From the human T2T-CHM13v2.0 reference genome, Homo sapiens, in NCBI RefSeq assembly GCF_009914755.1, contig NC_060938.1: 64,000 nt of DNA. One strand, given 5' to 3'. Numbering within the stretch: position 1 is the first letter of the stretch; the number at the start of each line of letters is the position of its first letter. Shown here one piece after another: positions 52,798-64,000 of this stretch. Under the pieces are notes generated by a model. The model saw only the letters and a list, made by a program, of their open reading frames with translations. It did not search any database and had not been told where the DNA came from. A program made the position numbers and the translations under genes.

Positions 52798-53846
52798 TAG
52801 TGAGCCAAATAAACTTCCTTTTCTTTACAAATTATCCAGCCTCAGGTATTCTTTTATAGCAATGCAAAATGGATGAAAACAGAAAATTGGTAGCAAGGAG
52901 TGCGGTGTTGCTATAAAGATACCTGAAAATGTGGAAGTGGCTTTGGAACTGGGTAATGGGCAGAGGTTGGAAGAGTTTGGAGGGCCCAGGAAGAAGACAG
53001 GAAGATGAGGGGAAATTTGGAACTTTTTAGAGACTGGTTACATAGTTGTGATCAAAGTGCTGATAGAAATATGGACAGTAAAGGCCAGGCCGATGAGGTC
53101 TCAGGTAGAAATGAGGAATTTATTAGGAACTGGAGTAAAGGTGATGCTTGTTATGCCCCCAGCAAGGAGCTTGGCTGTATTGTGTCCATGTTCCAGGGCT
53201 TTCTGAAAGGCTGAGATTGACAGTGATGACCTAAGGTATCTGGTGGAAGAAATTTCAAAGCAGCAGAGCATCCAAGAAGTAACCTGGCTGCTTTGAATGG
53301 CCTAAATCAAATATGGGAGCAAAAAAAATGACTTAAAATTAGAATTTATAATTAAAAGGTAAGCAGAACATAAACATTTGGAAAATTTGCAGGCTGGCCA
53401 TGAGGTTGAGAAGAAAAGAGCCTTTTCAGGCAAGGAACCCAAATGCCTTATGGAGCAACCACTTGCTAGAGAGATTAGCATAACTAAAAGGCAACTAAAT
53501 GCTAATAGCAAAGACAATGAGAAAAAGGTCTTAAAGGCATTTCAGAAGTCTTTGGGACAGTCTCTCCCATCACAGGCCCAGAGGCCTAGGAGGATGAAAT
53601 TGTTATGGGGGTCAGGGCTGGGGCCTTGCTTCCCTGTGGTATCTTGGGAGGTTGCTGCTCCAGGTTCAGCCAAGGCTCAAAGAGTCCCAGGTGCAGCTCA
53701 GGCTGCCACTCCAGAAGGTGCAAGCTGGAAGCCTTGGTAGCTTCCACATGGTGCTAAGCCCACAGGTGGGCAGAATACAAGAGTGAAGGAGGCATGGCAG
53801 CTCCTACCTACATTTCAGAGGGTGTATAGGAAAGTCTGGGTGCCCA

Positions 53847-55840
53847 TCCAAATCAGTAAAAAGGAAGTCAGACTGTTGCTGTTCACTGATGATATGATCA
53901 CATACCTAGAAAACCCTAAAGCTCATCCAAAAAGCTTCTAGATCTGTTAAATTAATTCAGTAAAATTTCAGGATACAAAATCAATGTACATAAATTATCA
54001 GCACTGCTATACACCAACAATGACCAAGCTGAGAAACAAATCAAGAACTCAATCCCTTTTACAACACCTGCAAAAAATAAAATACTTAGGAACATACCTA
54101 ACCAAGGAGGTAAAAGATCTGTACAAGAAAAACTACAAAACACTGCTGAAAGCAATCATCAATGACGCAAACAAATGGAGACACATCCCATGCTCTTGGA
54201 TGGGTAGAATCAATATTGTGAAAATGACCATACTGCCAAAAACAATCTACAGATTTAATGCAATTCCCATCAAAGTGCCACCATCATTCTTCACAGAAAT
54301 ATAAAAAACAATTCTAAAATTCATTTGGAACCAAAAAAGACCCCACATAGCCAAAGCAAGACTAAGCAAGGTGAACAAATCTGGAGGCATTACATTACCC
54401 AAATTCATACTATACTACAAGGCTATAGTTACCAAAATAGCACGGTACTTGTATAAAAATAGGCATTAGACCAATGGAACAGAACAGAGAATCCAGAAAT
54501 GAAGTCAAATACTTATATCCAACTGATCTTTGACAAAGCAAACAAAAATGTAAAGTGGGGAAAAGATGTCCTATTCAACAAATGGTGCTGGGATAATTGG
54601 CAAGCCACATGTAGAAGAATGAAGCTGGATCCTCATCTCTCACTTTATACAAAAATCAACTCAAGATGGATGAAAGGCTTAAATCTAAGACCTGAAACCA
54701 TGAAAATTCTAGAAGATAACATTGGTAAAACTCTTCTAGACATTGGCTTAGGCAAAGAGTTCATGATCAAGAACCCAAAAGCAAGTGCAACAAAACCAAA
54801 AATAAATAAATAAATAAATAAATGTGACCTAATTAGACAAAAAAAACTTCTGCACAGCAAAAGAAATAATCAGAGAGTAAACAGACAGCCCACAGAATAA
54901 GAGAAAATATTTGCAAACTATGCATCTGATAAAGGACTAATATCCAGAATCTACAAGGAATTCAAACAAATCATCAATAAAAAAAATACCATCAAAAAGT
55001 GGGCGAACGACATGAATAGACAATTCTCAAAAGAAGATATACAAATGGCCAACAAACATATAAAGAAATGCTCAATATCACTAATTTTTGGGGAAATGCA
55101 AATTAAAACTGCAATGAGATACCACCTCACTTCTGTAAGAATGACCATAATTAAAAATTAAAAACTAACAGATGTTGTCATGGATATGGTGAAAAGGGAA
55201 CAGTTTTACACTCCTGGTTGGGAATGTAAACTAGTACAACCACTTTGGAAAACAGTATGGAGATTCCTTAAATAACTAAAAGTAGAATCACCATTTGATC
55301 CAGCAGTCCCACTATTCGATATCCAGAAAAAAATAAGTCATTATATGAAAAAGACACTTGCACACACATATTTAGAGCAGTGCAATTGCAACTCCTTGTA
55401 ATTGCAAAAATATGGAGCCAGCCTAAATGCCCATTGACCAATGAGTGGATAAAAAATGTGGTATATATACACCATGGGATACTACTCAGCCATAAAAAGG
55501 AATAAAATAGTGGCATTTGCAGCAAACTGGATGGAGTTGGAGGCCATTATTCTAAGTGAAATAACTCAGGAATGGAAAAACAAACATCATATGTTCTCAC
55601 TTATAAGTGGGAGCTAAACTATAAGGATGCAAAGGCATAAGAATGATATAATGGACTCTGGATACTTGAGGGCAAGTGGGGGATGGAGGTGAGGGATAAA
55701 AGATTACATATTGGGTACAGCGTACACTGCTTGGGTGACAAGTGTGCCAAGATCTCAGAAATTACCATGAAAGAACTTATCTATGTAACCAAAAACCTAA
55801 AACTATTGAAATAAAAATAAAAAAAGAGAGAGACAAAAAA
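53847..55840 (+). mobile_element. 5'-truncated primate L1 (L1PA/PB)
   Basis: ORF2 C-terminal peptides (KIKYLG...[15 protein letters not shown]), 3'UTR and A-tail; 17-bp TSD gaaagtctgggtgccca/gaaagcctgggagccca. Confidence 0.92.
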
Positions 55841-58274
55841 GAAAGCCTGGGAGCCCAGACAGAAACCTGCCGCAGGGGTGGAGTTCTCCCACAGAGCCTC
55901 CAGTAGGGCAGTGTGGAGGGAAAATGTAGGGTTGGAGCCCCTTCACAGAGTCCCCAGTGGGGTACTGCCTAGTGGAGCTCTGGGAATGGGGCTGCTGCCC
56001 TCCATACCCAAGAATGGTAGAGCCACCAGCAGCTTGCGCCCAGAGCCTGGAAAAGATTCAGGCACTCAACTACAACCCATGAGAGCAGCCATGTGGGCTG
56101 CACTCTGCAAAGCCATGGGGGCAGACCAGCCCAAGGCCTTGGGAACCCGCTCCTCACACCAGTGTGCCCTGGATGCAGGACATGGAGTCAAGGATTATTT
56201 TGGAGCTTTAAAGTTTAATGTCTTTCTCTCAGAATTGTGTGGGGCCTGTTGCTTCTTCCCCCTCCTTCTTTTGGCCAATTTATTCCTTTTGGAAGGAAGG
56301 GAAATGTTTACCCAATGCCTGTACCATCACTGTATCTTGGAAGTAGCAACTTGTTTTGGATCTTACAGCCTCATAGGTGGAAGGGGCATGCCTTGAGTCT
56401 CAGATGAAACTTCGGAGTTTTGATTGAGTAGATCCTAGAACAAGTTGAGATTTTTTGGGCACTATTGGGAAGGGATGATTATATTTTGCAATGTGAGAGG
56501 GACATGAGATTTGGGGGGACAGTGTGGAGTGACATGGTTTGGATATTTGTCCCCTCCAAATCTCCTGTTGAAATGTGATCCCCAATGTTGGAGGTGGGGC
56601 CTAGTGGAAATGTTTGGGTCATGCCATGGATCCCTATGAATGGCCTTGCTGCCATCCTCTTGGTGATGAGTGAGTTTTGCTCTACTGGTTCACACAAGAG
56701 CTGGTTGTTTAAAAGAGCTTGGCACCTCCTCTTTCCCTCTCTTGCTCTCTCTCTCACCATGTTACATGCTCTCTCCCCCTTCAACTTCTGCCATGGTTGT
56801 AAGCTCCTTGATGCCCTCACCAGAAGCAGATGCTGGCACCAGGGTTCTTTTATGGCCTGCAAAACCCTGAGCCAAATAAACCTCTTTTCTTTATAAGTTA
56901 CTGAGCCTCAGGTATTCCTCTACAGCAATGCAAAATGAACTAACAAAGCCAGTTGTACTTTACCATCCAACCATCATGGAAGCTACAAGAGGAATTGTTT
57001 CTATCTGATTCTACACTCCTCTTCAGCATCAGAATGTTCTGGGAGCACCAAAAGAGTTCAGGTGGAGATGAGAATGGTCTCTCCTCTGGGTGCCCACCCC
57101 TGATAGCTGGGGTGAGCTGTTTTGCGGATGGGAAGACTTGGTAGTCTGCTCAGGTTGACAGCCTGACAGCCTACAGTGTCTGACAATGAGCCCTGTCATC
57201 ACAACTCATCTGTTATCAGCCTGGCCCTCAGGGTCTCTCTCAAGCTGGATCCCCGAGGCTGTGGGTGCCATGACCCACCTGGCTCTGCTAACATCCTCCA
57301 GGCTGGCTCCCCACCTGCCCCACAGCCTCTGCCCTTGGAGTGGACTCTGGCCTGCCTCACTCCTTGGGTGCTGGATGGGTCAGCTCTTTGGGTGGGCTGG
57401 CTGCCTGCAGGAGATCAGAGGAAGGGGATGCTGATGCTAAGTGGTGACCCTGGCTCTCTCCTTGCAGGGTTGCCTGGACCTTATTGCCTTCCTCAACAGA
57501 CAGCCCAAGGAGCCTCTGTTCCTGCAGATCTCGGAGCGGCTCTCTCTCCTCCTCCAGTGTGTGGGGAGGTGCTTGCTCTTGTAGGGGAAGAAACATTTTT
57601 CCCCCTTCTACCCATCTTAGGTTCATTAGCTGGGGTCTTGTCAATTAGATTAACAAGATACTAACATGAGAAAAACAAACAAAAGTTTACTAACATGTGC
57701 ATTATGCCTCTATGTGGGAGCCGTCAGAGATGAGGAATTCAAAGGGGCGGTTGGAACGTGAGCTTACGGAGCATCTTAGCAAATGGGCAATCATTTTTAC
57801 AGAATTGGCAAGACAAAGGAAAGGGGCTTTCAACCTGTAGGGCAGCAAATTCTGGGAAGTAAATATATAGGGGAAGCTAACAGAAGATAGCTTGCTAGTT
57901 TGTTGTGTAGATTCCTCTAGTGCCTTCTCTGGGCTGATAAGCATCTAGAGTTGTCTCCAAGGACTAAGAATCCTCTGCTTTTCCTGGTAGAAAGGGAGTG
58001 GGCAGGGATTTTTTTCTTGGGTATGCTTCTTTTTAATTGTCTTCGGCTCAAAATTATTCTTGTTTGAAAGTGGCATATTCTGCTACTCTTCACTCTGCCG
58101 GAGCCAGCTCTGGAGTCCTCAGTGTCCCAGGGGCTCTTGCACTGAGCCCAGATCTGTGTCAGCAAGGTGTCCTTCCATTAAATCCTGCCTAAATGACTTA
58201 GTTGGAGGTGCAAACCCACAGAGCATTGCTGGAGGCATGTGGGAGAGTGGCTGTCAGGTGTTGTCTTTGTCCAT

Positions 58275-58595
58275 TAAGTTGCTATAAGGGAATTCCTGAA
58301 GCTGGGTAATTTATAAAGAAAAGAGGTTTATTTGGCTCATGGTTCTGCAGGCTGTACAAGAACCATGGTATGTGCAGAGATCACATGGGGAGAGAGGAAG
58401 CAAGAAAGAGGGGAGATGCCAGGCTCCTTTCACCAGCCAGCTCTAGCAGGAATAAGAGTGAGAACTCACCCTCAAAGGAGAGCATTTTGGGATCTGCACC
58501 CAAAATCCAAACACCTTCTACCAGGCTCCACCTCCAACACTGGGGGTCGAATTTCAACATGAAGTCTTGGGGGACAAACATCCAACTATAGCAAG
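58275..58595 (-). mobile_element. MST/THE1-type LTR fragment
   Basis: 'ttgctataaggg...ctgggtaatttataaagaaaagaggtttatttggctcatggttctgcaggctgtacaag'. Confidence 0.75.
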
Positions 58596-59334
58596 GGTCC
58601 TGCAGGGACTCTCTCCCTCCCACTTAACTTCAAGCTTGAGTGGGTGATAGAATTTGGTGTTTGGTCCTGACAGGATTTGCACTGCCCAAGTCTGCAGCTA
58701 CAGCTTTAGAATTGGAAGGCCCCCTTCACCTCCAGGGTGTCTTGTGACCAGAGCACCACCGGTGCCCACTAAGGCCTGCCCCTGCAGCCTGGTCACATGG
58801 GGTGGAGGTAGAGTCAGGATCTTGATTGGCAGGCAGCTCCACCCAGAGGAGCAACCTCCTGACTCCCACTGCCCCCCACCTCCCACAATGGCATACCAGC
58901 ACCCATGGCAGAGGCCACGAAGACACCTAGGGACACTTCTGGGTCAGAAGGGGTGCCACTGACGGGGTGAGCTCCGTGTCTGTAGCAGGTAGAGGCACTG
59001 AGATTTATAACAGAATGAACTGAGTTTTTGGCAAGTGCGGGAAGACTGTCCACATAAGTCCTTGAGAACTTGGGAAGCAGAATGAGCAGATAAAAAGAGG
59101 AAGCTCAGGTGTTTATGCTCTTGGTCCGCTGAATTAAATAAGCTATGATGAAGCTGCTGCTGCTTCCAGGGCTGAAGTACATGCCACGGGCAGTGACCCC
59201 ATAGCAGGGCCACTGTGCACTTCACATGCCCTGAGGACAGGCTCTCCCGTCACACTGCTACTGTTACTGGGTGGGGCAAAGGATCATCCCATCCTGCCCA
59301 CCACAGCCAGCACCTATGTGAGCCACTGGAGCCT

Positions 59335-62040
<2,706 letters not shown>

Positions 62041-62464
62041 TTAGATTATCTGTGAAAGAGGCCATGGATGGGAAGGCCACACTGCAAATCACACCTTGGC
62101 CATCCTCATCATCTAAAACCTTTCTTGGTGTCCTGTCTTGTTTGGGTTCTAGAAGAAGCCAGCTTTTCCACTCCCTCCTTGTAAGTTTTGGATTTTCTCT
62201 ATTCTTTTAAAATTTTTGCTTACAAAGCCACCAATTCTCTGACCTAACCTCTTTTCTCTAGTTAATTAATGAAGGGAGCTAATAGTAGCCAACAAACTCT
62301 TAATACTTGATTTTGCAATCTCTTACCCTAGAGCTGCAGGCTGAATAGGCAGGGACTCTGCCTTCCAAATGTTAACAACTGATTTATTAAGGCATGACAA
62401 GGATCTGCAGTCCTCCAGCCTGACACCAGCTTCCTTGCTAACTGCTTCTCATATTCTAAGGCAA

Positions 62465-62757
62465 GTTTTTTATTTTATTTTTTTGAGATAGAGTCTCACT
62501 TTGTCACCTATGCTGGGGTGCAGTGGTATGATCTCAGCTCACTGCACCCTCTGCTTCTGCAGGCTCAGGTGATCCTTCCACCTCAGCCTCCCTGGTGGCT
62601 GGGACTACAGGCATGTGCCTCCATGCTTGGCTAATTTTTAATTTTTTTTCTAGAGATGGAGTATTGCTATGTTGCCCAGGCTGATCTTGAATTACTCAGT
62701 TCAAATCATCCTCTTGCCTCAGCTTCCCGAAGTGCTGGGATTACAGGCATGAGCCAC
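62465..62757 (-). mobile_element. Alu (J-like)
   Basis: Antisense dimeric Alu. Confidence 0.88.
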
Positions 62758-63063
62758 ATAATATTATTTTTTGTTACAGCATCACAACTCTTCAAAGTAC
62801 TGTCTGACTTATTCACATTACTCATTGAACAGAACTGGTAACAGGTCTCCATCCACATGTGATGGCACTGGGAAACACAGTCTAGCAGGAGTCAAAGGAA
62901 GGAGAAAAACAGCTATGGGTGAGTTCTAGTAGTCTTTTTCAAAGATTGCTTACCTTCAATATCGACAGTGTAAAATCTAATGTTAATGAAATACTAGCAA
63001 ATGAAATCCAACCATGTATAAAAAATAATATACCCATTGAGATTTATCCCAGGTATGCAAATA

Positions 63064-63432
63064 TGATGGCTGATTTTACTTGTCAACTTGGCTAGGTCTT
63101 GGAACCCAATATTTGGTCAAACATCAGTCTGGATGTTGTGAAGGTATTTTTTTAGACAGGATTAACATTTAAGTTGTTAGACTTTAAGTAAAGCAGATCA
63201 TCCTCCAAAATGTGGGTGGGCCTCATCCAATCAGTTGAAGACTATTAAAAAAGACAGATTGAGGTCCCCTGAGGAAGATGGAATTTTGCCTCCAGAAGAT
63301 CTTTGGACTCAAGCTGGAACATCATCTCTTCCCTAGGTCAGGTTCCACACTACCGATTTGATGATTTTGGACCTGCAGGCCTCCACACCCATGTGAGCCA
63401 ATTCCTTAAAATTCTCTCTCTCTCTCTGTCTC

Positions 63433-63480
<48 letters not shown>

Positions 63481-63530
63481 ACCCTATTCTATTGGTTCTG
63501 TTAATCTGGAGAACTCTCAGTAATAGAAAC
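63064..63530 (+). mobile_element. MLT2 (ERVL) LTR with (TC)n(CA)n microsatellite, inside an old L1
   Basis: 'tgatggctgattttacttgtcaacttggctagg...gtgggcctcatccaatcagttgaag'; microsatellite at ~63412-63482; L1 ORF2-like sequence on both sides. Confidence 0.75.
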
Positions 63531-64000
63531 AAGGCTGATTGGACATTCAAAATCAATTAATATAAGCTTTCCACCTAAAAGTCAATTAATATAATCCATC
63601 TCTTCAAAAGATTAAGAAAACTCATGTGGTCATATCAATAGATAACAAAAAAGTGTCTGACAAAATACAACTCAATTTATCATAAAAACTCTCAGCAAAC
63701 TTTGAATAAAGGGGAATACTCTCAAATTTATAAAGGACATCTACAAAAAACCTACTGCTAACATTGTACTTCGTGGTGAGAAGCAACAGGTGAGTAGGTC
63801 CCCTTACCAGTCCCAATTAACACCATGCTGGAAGTCTTAGCTAATGCATTAAAACATGAAAAGCAAGTATAAGATATACAGATTGGAGGAGAAGAAATGA
63901 AGCTGCGTTTGTCATCAGATGACATGATATCTCTGCAGAAAATCCCAAATAATCGACAAAAAACCTCCTGGAACTAATAAGTGATTATAGCAATGATATA

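Noticed and set aside
53984-54813. Reverse-transcriptase-related ORFs
   Set aside because: Frameshifted fragments of a 5'-truncated L1, not an active element or a new gene.
56950-59330. Semi-unique DNA toward IGHD as a candidate delta-gamma3 interval enhancer
   Set aside because: I could not identify a convincing motif cluster from the sequence alone, and part of it is LTR-derived.

Overview
Human immunoglobulin heavy-chain constant locus (chr14q32.33), with genes on the minus strand. The window holds two complete paralogous gamma units, IGHG1 (~1-16.2 kb) and IGHG3 (~28.4-43.3 kb). Each has an I-gamma promoter and non-coding exon, a 79-bp-repeat switch region, CH1/hinge/CH2/CH3-S exons, membrane exons M1/M2, and secreted and membrane poly(A) signals. 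The residues fit G1m3 (IGHG1*03-like) and a 4-hinge G3m5*/b allele (IGHG3*11-like). The rest is dense with nested retroelements (MaLR, ERV1/ERVK LTRs, L1, Alu, MER1) and includes an ATP6V1G1 processed pseudogene. Four non-coding structures stand out: (1) a ~660-700 bp inverted repeat bracketing each I-gamma/S-gamma module; (2) a 21-bp GGAA-rich VNTR expanded ~31x upstream of gamma1 but ~2x at gamma3; (3) G-rich 34-bp minisatellites in both M1-M2 introns, with strand skew opposite to the switch regions; (4) miR-8071-like hairpins antisense to both membrane 3'UTRs. Almost all long ORFs in the track are GC-rich or repeat artefacts. Repeat-family names are by-eye recognition and their boundaries are approximate.
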